53,388 bases of DNA from Vicugna vicugna (lineage: Eukaryota), in NCBI GenBank assembly GCA_013265495.1, contig MU058478.1:647349-700736 (forward strand). Reading direction: 5' to 3'. The notes below the pieces were generated by a model that worked only from the letters and a program-made list of their open reading frames with translations, was not told where the DNA came from and did not search any database. The stretch's first letter is position 1, and the number at the start of each line of letters is the position of its first letter. Both the position numbers and the translations under genes were made by a program. Positions 12,071 to 25,214 of the stretch are shown here, in pieces.

Positions 12071-12919
12071 GAAAACGCCCTCAAACTTGGCTCAGAAAAT
12101 CACACTTGGAATCCTCATAACTAGAGTTATAACCATACGCATGAAACCCACAGGCCACACTACGGCATTTTGTGAGCACACACGATGCCACGGTGCTGCA
12201 GCACGCTCATAGCTGTCACGTCCAGTTCCTCAACCCCACGAGGGATTCACATGCATGTGACTCTCATGCAGCAGTGAGTGATAATCTGAAATTAAACAGC
12301 CTGCCAAGCCACTCCAGGGAAATGAGTGTTTTCCCAAAGGAAAGCCTTCTCTTGTGCAGCAGTGTCAGCTGGTACAGATAAGATGCTTCCTTCAAGAGCC
12401 CAGAAAATGAAAAGTGTTCTTATTACTTAACAAACACAGCAGGCATTGAAAATATTAAAGATAGCTTTTTTCTTGGACTTGTTTTATTTTTTTTCCCAGT
12501 AACATCTCTTCTTTCCTGCAGCATCTTGGACATAACTATTTTCATGATTCTTGCCTGGCTATTTCAGAATTTTATTGCTACGTGTCTCTCACATCATCCA
12601 ACTGGCATTTCCCCAGTTCATCATTTGCCACTGATTTCTTTGGATGCTCCCTCTGCGTTGTACAGAATGAATGTTCTTTGATGTAGCAGATCAGGGGTGG
12701 AAAGGGCAGTCATGAAACTATTCAAGGAGGGCTAAGTGATACTTTCCTATGTTGATTCCAATGCAAAACAACGTTTGTAAAAGGCATTTTAAAGCTTCAC
12801 TTTTTATACACCAAGATGTTGGTGTATGTGAGATCTTAAAAATAAAACATACAAAAAAATAAAGCATGGCCTCTGCCCCCCCACCCTGAAAACTACCACA
12901 GGGTAGTTGAAAAAAAAAA

Positions 12920-12937
12920 GATGATAGATAGATAGAC

Positions 12938-12991
<54 letters not shown>

Positions 12992-13078
12992 GATGGATGC
13001 ATGGATGGATGGATGGATGGGTAGGTAGATAGATAGATAGAATGGATGAATGATAGAATGATGGATGGATGATAGATG

Positions 13079-13116
<38 letters not shown>

Positions 13117-13137
13117 ATGGATGGATGGATAGATAGG

Positions 13138-13205
<68 letters not shown>

Positions 13206-13263
13206 ATGGATAGATAGATAGATAGAATGGATGAATGATAGAATGATGGATGGATGATAGATG

Positions 13264-13305
<42 letters not shown>

Positions 13306-13367
13306 ATGGATGGATGGATAGATAGATAGAATGGATGAATGATAGAATGATGGATGGATGATAGATG

Positions 13368-13409
<42 letters not shown>

Positions 13410-13548
13410 ATGGATAGATAGATAGAATGGATGAATGATAGAATGATGGATGGATGATAGATGGATAGATAGATAGATAGATAGATAGGATGGATGGATA
13501 GATAGGTAGATAGGTAGGTAGATAGACAGACAGACAGATAGACGGATA
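12920..13548. repeat. Compound (GATA)n/(GGAT)n tetranucleotide array with higher-order repeat
   Basis: About 630 bp of GATA/GGAT/GAAT units with four copies of a 42-nt block. Confidence 0.98.
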
Positions 13549-13945
13549 CACAGCAGACCTTAATAAAGAATGTAATATGGGATCATAATCAAGCTACAGA
13601 AATATAACCCTTTCTCAGATTAACCCAACAAAGAGACATTGTGAAAGGTGGAAACACTAACATTTTCTGGGGCCTTCCTATGTCCGGTTTAATTAAACCC
13701 ATACCATGGAAAAAGTATAAAAATAAAAAAGACACGTGTGATTAGGAGACTTACCTCAGGTGTTCTGAACTGCTTATGAGAAGTCAGGTATCTTAGGGCC
13801 ACTCACAGACCGCAGCCTTCTTCCAGCTGTGGAAATGCCACAACATTACGTAAAAGCAGTTATCAGGGAACCAAATGCCATTGTCTGCTTTGAAATAAGA
13901 AAGCAATGATCAGAGCGGTGATTGAAAAGGGGGCTTTGTCTGTGG

Positions 13946-13998
13946 GTACATGCGTGTGCGTGCACGTGTGCATATGTGTGTGCACGTGTGTGTGTGTG
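13946..13998. repeat. Alternating purine-pyrimidine (TG/CG/CA) tract
   Basis: TACATGCGTGTGCGTGCACGTGTGCATATGTGTGTGCACGTGTGTGTGTGTG. Confidence 0.85.
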
Positions 13999-14964
13999 GC
14001 GTGGTTTTATTCTGCATTGTTCTGCAGTGACAATGCCACAACTTAAAACATCCAAGAAGAAAAAAGGGCCCACTTCCATAACAAGCACCAAAAAAAGTGG
14101 AATTCAGTGCAGAACCTAGAAATATTCCATGCTCAGGCAAACCTTTTTGTGAAGCGTTTTATTTTGAGATTGGCCTAATTCTTGGCATTGCTTCTTCCCT
14201 GGCCCCCCTCACCTCACTCTTGAACAATCTGGCTCAGAGACAATGCAGTACATGCTGGGAAGATTGAAAAGAAAAATTGGTATGGCATCAGAGATTGTGG
14301 TATAGACTTAATCTCATTGCTAGCCTAATTCTTCATAAATAAAGTTCAGTCATGAGGTAACAACAGGACACTGAAAAGGGATTCCAGATTCTGGGCTTGG
14401 AGAGACAATTGAAAATACGTCTAGTAATCTTGTAGAGAAAAAGATTAAAAAAAAAAAATAAGAAGCATAATTTGGGCAGAAAAGCTGATTGGAGGCCCCA
14501 ACTCCAATAAAGCCAAGCCACCCCCCAAAAAAATCCTTAATAAAATATGAATAACAGAATAATAAAATTTGCTGGGTTTTTTAACGCTTTTTTGCTTACA
14601 GTTACTATTCCTTAATCCTTCAAGGAAAGCATTATTAAACCCAAATTCCATATGGGAACCACTGAGGTGCAGACTTTAACTCATGTGCCAAAGGTAGTCC
14701 CTCTGGCCCGTACAAGGCAAAGAGTTGGTCTCAGATCTGATGCGATTTCCCTCATAAAAAAAACTGCATCTTAGGACATTATGTGCACACGCATGTATGT
14801 CTACACCTTGTGGGTGTAAATTTGCATACCTGTGGTTATACACACACATGTGTGTTTCAGTCAGTGTGTTAATGTCTAGCCACTGACATTAATCAAACTG
14901 CAGCTAAAGGACCCACCGAGGCATTTCGTATTGCTACAGAGTGATTGCTAAGAGAGCAAGCCTT

Positions 14965-15145
14965 AATGCCCAGCTCCTGGTTTTGCTAATTATTTGTCCC
15001 GTCTCAGCCAAGCCGTTTCATCATCTGCAAAATGAAGATAATATTAGCACCCACCTCAAGGGGCTTTTTGATTAAATTTGTTTGTATACCTAAGGTGCTT
15101 AGAATGGTCCCTGGCTCATTGTAATTGCTTTATAATCATTAGCTA
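14965..15145 (+). mobile_element. MIR SINE
   Basis: Core GTTTCATCATCTGCAAAATGAAGATAATATTAGCACCCACCTC...GTGCTTAGAATGG. Confidence 0.8.
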
Positions 15146-16704
15146 CAGGTATCATGTTGTGTGGCATTGAAAGCATGGTTTTCTGTTTCTTTTCTTCTCT
15201 ACTTTTTACTGCTTAGTTGTTTGATGTGGCTTCCTGTTTTATTTTTCATCAGGAAACTCCAGCAGCTTTTGTAAGCCAAATTGTTCAGATGCAGCGATGG
15301 ATTCAACTCCTTCCCGGGAAAGAAATCTCTGTTGGCCAGAATAAGACCTCTTCACAATTGGCAGACACCCTAGTAGGGCAACACAGTTGACATGGTGCTA
15401 CGTACTTATGCCACCATGGGCGTCTTTTTCACTCACCAAAGAACGGGTGGTGGTCCACACAAGAGGGTCTGTCCATGCAGTGTCCACTGTGGTCATCCCA
15501 GACTCTGTGCTCAGCGGGCCTTCCCAAGGCCCCCAGCTAGACTCCCAGCTGACCCACAGCAAGTCATAGACCATTGAGTTGAGTCTGCACAATATAAATT
15601 CTCATATGTATGATTCCAGAGTCCAGACAATCAACTTTTATCTCCAGCTCATAAAACCTTGCAAATCTATTTTCTGCTCAATTAATTATTTATTATTTTC
15701 AGTTTCCCAATAACCCAAAGCATTCCAACAGCCTCCTCTCCATGTTTTCCACGGGTGCATTCAAAGAGTGGGGTCCCTGGCTGTCTGAGAAGGACTTGCT
15801 GAAAACTCAGGGTACATTTATTTCAGCTTTACAGTATTAGAGGAAGTTCCCAGCCAGTAGGAAACCATCTTTTAAGCAAAAGTGGGTTTTGTCGTTTTCA
15901 GAATGAAAAACGTTTTTACACGTAACCTCACCCAGGTGCTTAGAAGAACGCCAACAATTTTCTGAACAAAGTATAATGCAAAAAAAAAAAAAAAAGATAA
16001 TTAAGTCAGATTAATTGGGTGATGTGTCTTGAAACTCAACCACTCTTTTCTTTATTTCTGAATGCTTTCACTTAATTGACACTGTCTTTCCAGTGTTCAG
16101 GGCATCAATTTTCCCTGTGACATCTAAATGGGTCTAAAATGAGTTGGCGATTTTCAGTGTATTTGGCTCCTCTTTTGGGGTGAGGTTGGGATCGACGCCT
16201 TCCAAGTCAGACTGGAACCCAGAAGTTCTCCACTCTCAGTCAGACACCTGGAGCTGTGCCTGGTAACACCCAGAAATATTGTCCAGAGTTAGTATCTCTG
16301 ATCATCTAGTCAATAAATTGACTGCTCTGAGGTTAGGAGTTCTGCATCACTCTCTGCTGATTCCAAGATTAGGTCTGTTTTCTTCTCTTCACATATGAGA
16401 CTTGCTGAGCATACAGAATTAACTCTTAGAAATTAATCATCATGCTGAGATGTGCCAGTGGAATAAGAGGTTGATTTCTGATCAGTCAATACGTATCACC
16501 AGGGTGCCATATGCGCAAGGCACAGACTTACATAGGATCTGGTAAAAAGTCTGATACAGTGAGATTAGAATGATGCTTGCATCCTATCATGATAAAGGAA
16601 AGAACTTCCTACCATTAGGATGGACCATTGGTCGATAAGCCCAGAATGAAACGGGGCTTCCTGATTCTACAAATCTCAAGTTGGTGGTCATTACTGATGG
16701 CAGT

Positions 16705-16818
16705 TTTCCTGATGGCGAGGGCCACGTCTCTCATGGTTGCTCTTCTGTGCCCTGTACTTAGTGTCAGAATGGCATAGAACAGCTGCTCATAGCTCCCTGT
16801 GAATTAAATAAATTGAGA
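16705..16818 (+). mobile_element. L2 3' end
   Basis: TTCCTGATGGCGAGGGCCACGTCT...GGCATAGAACAGCTGCTCA...TGAATTAAATAAAT. Confidence 0.6.
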
Positions 16819-17435
16819 AATTTTGCATCTAACCAGAATCCTATGAAAATTAAGCCTGATGGCAGAGCCTTATAATTCCAGAAATTGCCACCGGATGTCA
16901 GTGCCTGTGTGTCTGCAGCAACTTCATTTGGATGGGGATGTTTAGGGTAGGGTCAACTGATACAATAAATTGTCATTATTTGGAACCGCTCTGTACCCTG
17001 GAGATCGGGGCAGATTTTAGTGGCGTCGAGAAGGTACTGTTAGCTGTATCAATGTGGGGAGTTAAGAAAAGATGGAACGTATCAATCTCAAAGCTAACAT
17101 ATGCCTGTCAGTCCAAACTGAGCTGAAACAGGCACATGCACTGTCCACAATTCAATCTCAGGAATCTCACTCCACGACCGAGTGTCCTATGCTGTGGTCT
17201 ACGGACGCGCGTCAGTGGTCCTGGGACCTTCAGAGATGTTGTGCAAATGCTTGGTGTGCACGTGTATTTATGGGAGAGGAACCATGACTTCCATTAGATG
17301 CTCAGATGATTATAATGACCTAGAGGAACATAACAGTAAAGGAAGCAGAGACACACCCAAGAACTTGCTCCCACCTTCCTAAGTTCCCCGTCTTCCAGGG
17401 AGTAGGTATTGGATAGTGGAGTATATTCTGAGGAA

Positions 17436-17439
<4 letters not shown>

Positions 17440-17466
<27 letters not shown>
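17440..17466. repeat. (GACA)n microsatellite
   Basis: About 6 GACA units. Confidence 0.9.
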
Positions 17467-17467
<1 letters not shown>

Positions 17468-18620
17468 TCATGTTAAGCACCAAGTGGCCCCACCCCTCCA
17501 CCTCCACAACCTGGCCCCTGGGGAGGAGGCTGAACAGACCCAATAGTTAGTAGGTGGAAGTGTTCAGGTTTAAGTCTTTCTGACATGTATCATTTGCATT
17601 CATTTACGTAACCAGTGATCAATCGTGCCTTTATTTTGATGCAAAGTACCCACTGAATGCATTAAATTGTCATCAACTAATGAGTAGTCATTATCATCCA
17701 ACAGCTGCATCCCAGAAATAATAGAGAGAGAAAAATTCAAGGTTCGTAGTATTTGCATCGCCCCATAGCTGACTCAGAGGCTCTCCTGTGGGTGCCAGGT
17801 CCATGGCGTGCTTAGCAACACGTCAAGGAGGCCGCCTCCTCCCCCCACAATGTCTCACGCTCCCTCTTCCTTCACCTTTACCCTCTGGGGCAAAAAAAGG
17901 CCGAAATCGCCTGACTCTCTTCACTTAGAAGAGGGTGAGCCTGCACAGAGGAGCAGATGTAACTGGCACTTAGCAGACGACTCAGGGCACCAGGAAAGAA
18001 GGTGTTTTTGCAAAGTTAGGAGGAGGTGGGAAATCACCATGCCGGAAAGGTCAGCAGCATCCTTCACCGTGGCAGCCAAATGTAGGCTCACTAGTTGGAC
18101 CATTCACCTCCCAGAACCGTGACAAGGGTCGCTTGTCCAGCATCCTCCGACCTTTCAGCACCTCACCTGGCAGGTGGCTTAAGAGCCAGAAGATTCTGCT
18201 AATTAGAGCTAATTGATTGCCCCCGATGTCCTGCATCCAGCTTAACTGCAGGATGTCCTCCGTCCTGACCGGGGACGAGCGCTCTGTGTATTTGACTGGT
18301 GAGAAGAGAGCCCTATTCATTGGGGAGAAAAGCTTGGGATTCATGCAGGAAAAACCAGTTTCTATGGCTTGCCCTTTTTTTTTTTTTTTTTTTCCTTTTC
18401 TGTCGCTCTGACTCTCTGAAATTTGCAGTCTTTTGCTGGGACAGCTGCTCCACCCAGGCCTATGAGAATTTGCCAGGGGAAGCCAGGGTCTGCTCCAGAG
18501 AGGGAGGGGGGAACCTCAGAGCTCATCGGGAAGCCTCAGCCCCCATGGTCTTCGATTATGCTACAATTTCTTGGGAAATTAAGATGCAATATGCCTTGCA
18601 TATCAGATATTATTAAGCAT

Positions 18621-18640
18621 TATATATATATATATATATA
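18621..18640. repeat. (TA)10 microsatellite
   Basis: Perfect TA run. Confidence 0.92.
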
Positions 18641-19329
18641 TTTTAAAACGTAATATTTTAAAACGAACAGTGTGATGCATGCTATGAAGCTCACGTTCAC
18701 CACGATCCTGGTCCTCCTGCACACGTGACTGAAGGCACAAGGACCCACATCCTTTCCCCTCGCTCTGATTCTCACGTCCACCAACAGCAGTGTTGCCCCT
18801 AGTGAGATACGGCACGTGAGTAGAAGGAATGACGTGCAGGTGACAAATGTTTCCCTCCAGCATGACTGGGAGCACTCGGAGAGAGCGTCACAACTGAGTA
18901 TCACCAGAAAAGATGTTCTGGAGAAAATTAATGTAGAGACAAATTCCCTTACCTAGAGCATCTAAAGAAGCTAAAAGCTCATTAGGGATCTAACAAATTG
19001 CCCAAAAAAACCCATCCAGACCTAATCTCTTTCTCTGTATCCTATTATCCTGCTGGTGGTGTCTCAGACACGAGAGATGGCTGATGGTTCATGGGGCTTG
19101 AAACCTTCATCTGAATGATTTAGAGTTGAGTTGCTATGCAGTACCATCTTAAGGTAACCCTGGGAGGAAAAATTTTTTTTTTGCAAGGGCTAATTACACA
19201 GAAATTTGCAGATGTACACTCTTGAAAGTGTTCTAAGAAGCATAAATGGACATGTCTTTCTGGAATACAAATAAAAGCAAATGTCAAAATTCTACAAAAT
19301 ACATATATGCATACATATATACATATATA

Positions 19330-19720
19330 GTATGCAGACATACATATGTGAGGATGTATGTTTTGACCTAGTGAAGCCACTTTTATGAATTTTTCCTATA
19401 ATGGGAATTAGACAAACAGGCAAAGCAGATATAAGAAAAAGTTTTCTGAGGCTATGTTATCACTGCGAATCATTGGAAACCACTCTCCATCAGTAGAAAT
19501 AAATCATGGAAATAAATATATCAAAGCATAGCCATCCAAAAGAAAAATCTTTGTCCATCACGTCAATGCAGACTTACTCATGAATGAGACAGCCAGAAGA
19601 TTTAGTTGAGATAAAAAAAAAAAAGGTTAAAAAAATCATCCCGTGTAATAAAATAGTGCGATATATGTCGAGACAGAGATAATCTGAAAAGACTTTTATT
19701 TAAATGTCTTTCTCTGGATA
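19330..19720 (+). mobile_element. Highly diverged L1ME-like fragment
   Basis: TTTGACCTAG...CCACTTTTATGAATTTTTCCT...TTGGAAAC resembles the old L1 ORF2 end and 3'UTR. Confidence 0.45.
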
Positions 19721-20317
19721 AAGATTCTTTTAACTTCCTTTTAATAGTGCCTGCTTTTGAATTGTATTTATGATCATGAGTAAAACAATAAATCTTGGAG
19801 GGAAGCCTTTAAGAAGTATACAGAGCTCACGATAGCAAAATAATGGAAGATAAAAGGCGGCCAGAGACTTGAAACGCCGTCCACGTGTGGACAGCCCGCA
19901 GTGTGCAAAGCCCTCCAGCCTTGGGCAAATCGTCATGACCATCGCCCGGCTGAGTCACAGTCAGTGCCGAACGTCAGCGAGCTCCCAGAGTGTGTGGTCG
20001 TCAAATATTTGTTCTGAGGTTGGCAGCTTGGCAGTCACGTGTTCCCGCCCATTTCAACTGTGTCAGGTGACTGATGCAGACACCTGGGCTGTGCGCCAAT
20101 GTCTCCGCATCGGAAGTTGCATCCCCTGAAAGAAACAGAAGGGACGTGACAAAGGAAACCAGGGAGGTGAGGCAGAACCCCAAGGGAGCATGAGACGCTC
20201 CTGCCGCATGTGGTGCACACGGAGTAAAAGTGAAGAAAGGCGCAGACAGCTCTCCAGGTGGGAAACGAAGGAAAGGCTGGAGCTGGACGTGAGGGTCCCG
20301 GGAGCCCATCCAGACCC

Positions 20318-20445
20318 CGTTCCTAGGACCTCTCCAGCACCTACAACATGACAGGCGCACAGTAAATGTGGTTGTGTTAATGGGCGGGTGGGTGGATGAA
20401 TGAATGGATGGATGGGCAGGTGGATGGACAGAAGGAAGAAGGAAT
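20318..20445 (+). mobile_element. L2 3' end with (TGGA/TGAA)n tail
   Basis: CCAGCACCTACAACATG...GCACAGTAAATG...GGATGAATGAATGGATGGATG. Confidence 0.55.
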
Positions 20446-20964
20446 GGAAAGTAAATTTCCTAAACTGAATATGGCCCATTCAGATTGAAAAAGAGACCAA
20501 AGAAATAAGGGTCTACTAATTGAAAGTATGAGGGAAACAAATGCATACCCATAGATATCTTGCAACTTTAAAATTCCAATTTTTGAAATAATTACAGACA
20601 TTGAGGGAGGGAAAAGAGTTAGCAGCAGATAAACAGACAAATAAAAAGAAATAAATAAATGAATCTCAGTTTACTCCATCATACAACTGGCAAGAAACAA
20701 GTCACAGGTGCCTGCAGGTGTGGTGGGACGTCACCTGGAGCGATGCCTTTTACTCCCAGTGAAGTGGTACCCTGTGTGGCCGTGCTGGCAGGGATACAGT
20801 GCTTTGCCTTTCCAAGAGAGTAATTCCTGAGATGTGCTCGGGTTAAATGAGAAATGAGTCGGACACGATAAGGTTGGGAGGCACTGGTGCAGAAGATGGT
20901 CCCAGAGCACCGACACTTAACGTAGAGCACTGCACAGCTAAGCACACTTTAAAATAAATAAGAC

Positions 20965-21640
20965 AGACATAAGCATTGCAGAAGAAAGCTGGGCAGAGGA
21001 AATAAATGCATGCATAAATTCAAACGGCCAATAAATATTCTTAAAATGTTCAATAATCACATTATTTCCCATACGATTTTTCCTACATAAGTGGAAACTT
21101 TTATAACAATTGCAGTAAGAATTATTCCCAGTACAGTGAAATGGGCACTGCCCTGCTCACCCAATAAAGGTATAGTTTAGGGCAAACTGCCTGGAGGGCA
21201 ATTAGGCAGCATGAGGAGAGAGCGTCAAAACACAGCACCCACTTTGATGAAGGAGTTTTATTTCTAGCAATTTGCCCTAAGGAATCAATCACAGATGTTT
21301 CAAAAGTTGCATGTCCGACGCTGTTCTTCGCAGCATAACTTACAGTCGTGAAAAATTGGAAACCATCTAAATGGCTGCCAATAAGAAATTGGTTTTTAAA
21401 ATATGGAACCTATAAATGATGATGAAATGCAAGAGGAGGATTAGCAGTCGTGGACAAGAATGCCAAACGGAATAGAGAGATGACAAGCCGGAGGGACAGG
21501 CTGAAAATAATGCACAGTGGGACCTCGATGTGGTTAAAGTATGTGCAAATGCAATGCTAGTTTTTATATGCCTAACATCTATGCAAGGAAAAGGACTAAA
21601 ATTAAATGTAACCGTATGTTATTGAAGACTTTCTAAGTCA
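20965..21640 (+). mobile_element. L1ME-like fragment (ORF2 end and 3'UTR)
   Basis: AAATTCAAACGGCCAATAAA...CTGGAGGGCAATTAGGCAG...TTCTAGCAATTTGCCCTAAGGAA...AAAAATTGGAAACCATCTAAATG. Confidence 0.8.
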
Positions 21641-21839
21641 ACTTTGCAAAAGAAGAGTGAAGGGTAAGGGCTTCCTCTGCCAAATATTACGATCCATTTG
21701 AAGTCTTGGTAAAATACATGTATTTTTTTGGCCCTCAAGAAGGCTCTGCAGAAAAAAATAATAATTGAGTAAAAAATAAAAATAATTTTAGAATTTAAAT
21801 AAGTAAATAGTAAGTAAGTAAATAAAAAGAACATTCTGC

Positions 21840-22185
21840 AGACAATGGAATCTGGTGGAGATGTTAGAGAGAGACTGATCTGCATAGAAAAATTTAACAT
21901 CTGATAAAGATGTCACCAGAATCAAACAGAAAGAGGATGGGTGGTTTAAGGAAACTGGTCCATTGCATGAAGAAAAATAAAGAGGGTTTCCTACCTAATG
22001 TCAATTGTACATGAGGAGACTGGCTGTGTTAAAGACTTCAATGCAAAAGTAAAATTTCAAAGTTAATAGGAAATTTTGTAGGAGAACACTTCTCTGAATT
22101 AGCGAGGAGGAAGGCTTATTAAGGAAAACTTCAAACGTATACACCACAACAGGGAAGATGGTGGGTTGAACTCTAAAATTTAATG
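21840..22185 (+). mobile_element. Old L1 ORF2 fragment
   Basis: TTAAAGACTTCAATGCAAAAG...GAAATTTTGTAGGAGAACACTT. Confidence 0.6.
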
Positions 22186-22189
22186 AGTC

Positions 22190-22520
22190 CTCTTTCTTTT
22201 TAACAGCTTTGTTGAGGAGTAATTAATACGCAAAGAATCGTGCATAGTTAATGTGTGCGATTTGATGGGTTTGGACTCATGCAGGTGTCTGTCCAACCAT
22301 CACCACCATCAGGGTAACAGACATCCAACATCCCCCGGAGTTTCCTGGTGTCCTTTTGTGTCTGTTTGCTTGGTTGGGTTTTGCGGTAAGAACACTTGAC
22401 ATGAATTCCACCTTCGTAACTAGTTCTGAAGTGCACAGTGCCGTATGGTTAGTCGACCCAGAGCAAATCTCTAAAACTGGCTTGTCTGGCACAATTGAAA
22501 CTTTGTACGGATTCAACAAA
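22190..22520 (-). mobile_element. L1MB-like 3' end inserted into older L1
   Basis: TTTTAACAGCTTTGTTGAGG...ACCATCACCACCATCAGGGTAACAGACATCC...GGTAAGAACACTTGACATGA...TGAAACTTTGTAC. Confidence 0.85.
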
Positions 22521-22699
22521 TTTGTTGAAAACTAAGCACATTTGACTGAGTTACCGCATCCTGTTGATTCTTATTTTGTGGTTGACTTTATTCTTTGATA
22601 ACCATGTAAGTCTAAAAAGCCAAAGCTCTAATCTGTTCTTAGAAACAAAGATCAGTACATATATATACATTTTTAAAAAATGTGCAGTAGACTGTAGAT

Positions 22700-23400
22700 A
22701 CATATTTACACACAACATAATGTGCATGTGTGGTCAAACTATAATAATTCTACCTAATAAAACTGAAAAAAAGGAAAAAGAAAAAGTCAAATTGGGAGCA
22801 GCCATGATGTGTCCTGTCCAAATGAAAGGAGTTGATGTCTTGAATAGGCAATAAAATCTTGCAAATAATAAAGAAAACAATTACTCTAATTTTAGGAAGG
22901 GTGAAAACTGCAAAGATAGTTCCCAATTGCCTGCGTAAAATGTCAGCGTCTATAAAAATATGAAAAGATGTTCAAATTGAAGAGCAATCTAAGAAATAAA
23001 CATTGCACCAGAATCAACGTATCACTCTGCACAAAGTAGATCTGGAAAATTTAGAAAGCTGGAAAGGGTCAGTGGCGGGAGGAAAGGAATTGTGTATATA
23101 GAAGAAACCAACGTTCACTGCTGGGAGAAAGTGGACGGCTGGCGAACTTCTAGAAAATTCTTTGGCTACACTGAATCAAGTTGAAAATATTTATAACATA
23201 ATCTACAGAATGTTTACCGCTGAGTATAATTCCCAAAGATATTCTCACACACAAAAAAAAATAGGCAAGAAAATACACAAGTAAAGTTGGGAGGGGCTTT
23301 GCCAACGTGCCAAGTATAATTACACAATTATACAAAATATCACGTTGAATTAATGGAGAAATACACAGTTGCAATCCAAAGAAAGCTCCTCTGCCAATGT
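22700..23400 (+). mobile_element. Old L1 (L1ME-like) continuation
   Basis: AAAAATATGAAAAGATGTTCAA...TTCACTGCTGGGAGAAAGTG...TTCTAGAAAATTCTTTGGC. Confidence 0.65.
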
Positions 23401-23449
23401 TTATAACAGACAAAAGAATTGAAGACGAAACGCGTTTCTAGACACAAAG

Positions 23450-23830
23450 TATCAGTGTATAACGGTGAAAGTTTCATGGAATGGTTAGATGAACCATTGC
23501 AAACAGATGCATGTAGCTATAAACCTCCAGCATATACAACAAAAGATTGCAGACCTGCAAGGAGGAATTGACAAATGAACCTATCAGGAAAGATTTTTCA
23601 CACCCCTTTAGCATTTTATAAATCAAGCAAACATACAAACAAACAAACAAAAACAGCAGGGAGCCGCAGAAGGTTAGAACACTAACAAATCTGATCTAAT
23701 GGACACATTTACAGCATAGCACCCAGCAGGTAAAGAACACACATTTCTTCCAGGCACACACACAATATTTACCAAAAATAAGACCAACCCCAGGGCATAA
23801 GTCAAACCTCAAGGGAACAACTCCAAAGAA
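23450..23830 (+). mobile_element. Old L1 ORF2 endonuclease-region fragment
   Basis: GGAGGAATTGACAAAT...CTGATCTAATGGACACATTTACAG...CACATTTCTTCCAGGCACACA...ATTTACCAAAAATAAGACC. Confidence 0.75.
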
Positions 23831-24176
23831 AATAGAAGGGGGAAAAACAGGATAAAAATGAGAGACAAAACTTAATAATATATGATAGATTAGATATCCT
23901 TTATAATGTTTAGTATAGAATATATGTTGAATATATGACATAGTCATATCAAACACGATAAAATTTAGGTTTTTATGACATTGTATAGAACGCTATAGAA
24001 TATCCAGTATTATAGAGTAGATTACAGGGTTGATAAAGAGAGAATTTGTTTTTGAAATAAGGAGTATAAAATTCTAGCAAGAATGGTTATGCAAAAGATG
24101 TCAGAGCAAATAAAGAATATTATGGGAAAAATCTATAAATGTATATATATAACATATAAAATATATAAAATATATA

Positions 24177-24380
24177 GACTGGGATTTCAAAATTGTAGAA
24201 TAGATAAACAAGATTATACTGTATAGCACAAGGAAATAATATACAAGATCTGGTGGTAGCTCACAGAGAAAAAAATGTGACAATGAATATACATATGTTC
24301 ATGTATAACTGAAAAATTGTGCTCTACACTGGAATTTGACACAACATTGTAAAATGATTACAAATCAATAAAAATGTTTT
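24177..24380 (+). mobile_element. Short camelid L1 3' end flanked by a 26-bp direct repeat
   Basis: TAGATAAACAAGATTATACTGTATAGCACAAGGAAA...GACACAACATTGTAAAATGATTACAAATCAATAAAA. Confidence 0.9.
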
Positions 24381-24496
24381 AAAAATCTATAAATGTATAT
24401 ATATAATCTATAAATGTATAAATATAAATCTAAAAATCTACAAAAATCTATAAATCTAAAAAATCCATAAATCTGTCTATGGTGATAAGGTCTTAT

Positions 24497-24892
24497 TGTA
24501 AGGAAACAGGGAGTGCAGCAGATCTGATTTCTCAATTCCTGCTTTTCGTCTGGGACATCTGCAGCCCTGGCACTGTTCCTCGGTCAAACTCTGGGAAAGT
24601 AACTTCTGGAAGGTTCCAGCAGCCGGTGATTCCAGATGCCAAGGCAGTGGGTCAGGATGTCTGAGGCTGCCAGCGTCAGAAAGATGCACAGAGAGCACCT
24701 GGTTTGGGCCCAACACCATGCCTGATCGGATGGCTCCTTTGAGACTTTATCAGAACTCTGGGCCCCAACGCCTGCCCGGGCTTTTGTGGGTGTCCTTCGC
24801 TGTCATAAATCTTAATTGTGAGTATGATTTTATGTTGAAGTGTGTATTCCTTCCAGTGGATCGCGGAACCAGCAGATGGGGCCCCTGAAACA
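24497..24892 (+). mobile_element. Solo LTR, ERVL class (MER68/MER77/LTR40-like)
   Basis: TG...CA termini. The 3' end TTCGCTGTCATAAATCTTAATTGTGAGTATGA...CCTTCCAGTGGATC...GGGGCCCCTGAAACA matches this LTR group. Confidence 0.65.
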
Positions 24893-25214
24893 ATGACCAA
24901 CCACTTTATGACCATCAACATGAAAACCTCCCCGAAATAAATTCTTAGACATTAGAGCTTAGAAAAACGGACTCAAAAAAAAAAAAATGGAAAAAGCCAG
25001 AAGTCCTATAATGATTTTAAAACACAGAATCTGTAAATATTGCAACAAATCCAACACTAGCCCAGATGATTTTACAAGCAATTTAACCAAAGCTGCAAAA
25101 AAAAAAAAAAAAAAAAGATAAATTCAGAGACTCGAAAAGCCAGAACCTCCCCAAATTTTTTTATGTCATATGGATGTGGCACCAGCCAGACTTGGGTTAA
25201 ATGCCTGTTACTCA

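Noticed and set aside
13040..13466. CRISPR-like repeat/spacer appearance of the 42-nt blocks
   Set aside because: The spacers are (GATA)n rather than unique sequence, there are no cas genes, and the context is mammalian.
12718..13551. 277-aa ORF (longest in the track)
   Set aside because: It is the translation of the GATA/GGAT microsatellite (SIYL repeats), not a gene.
18154..18162. REST/NRSE left half-site TTCAGCACC
   Set aside because: No GGACAG right half at the canonical spacing.
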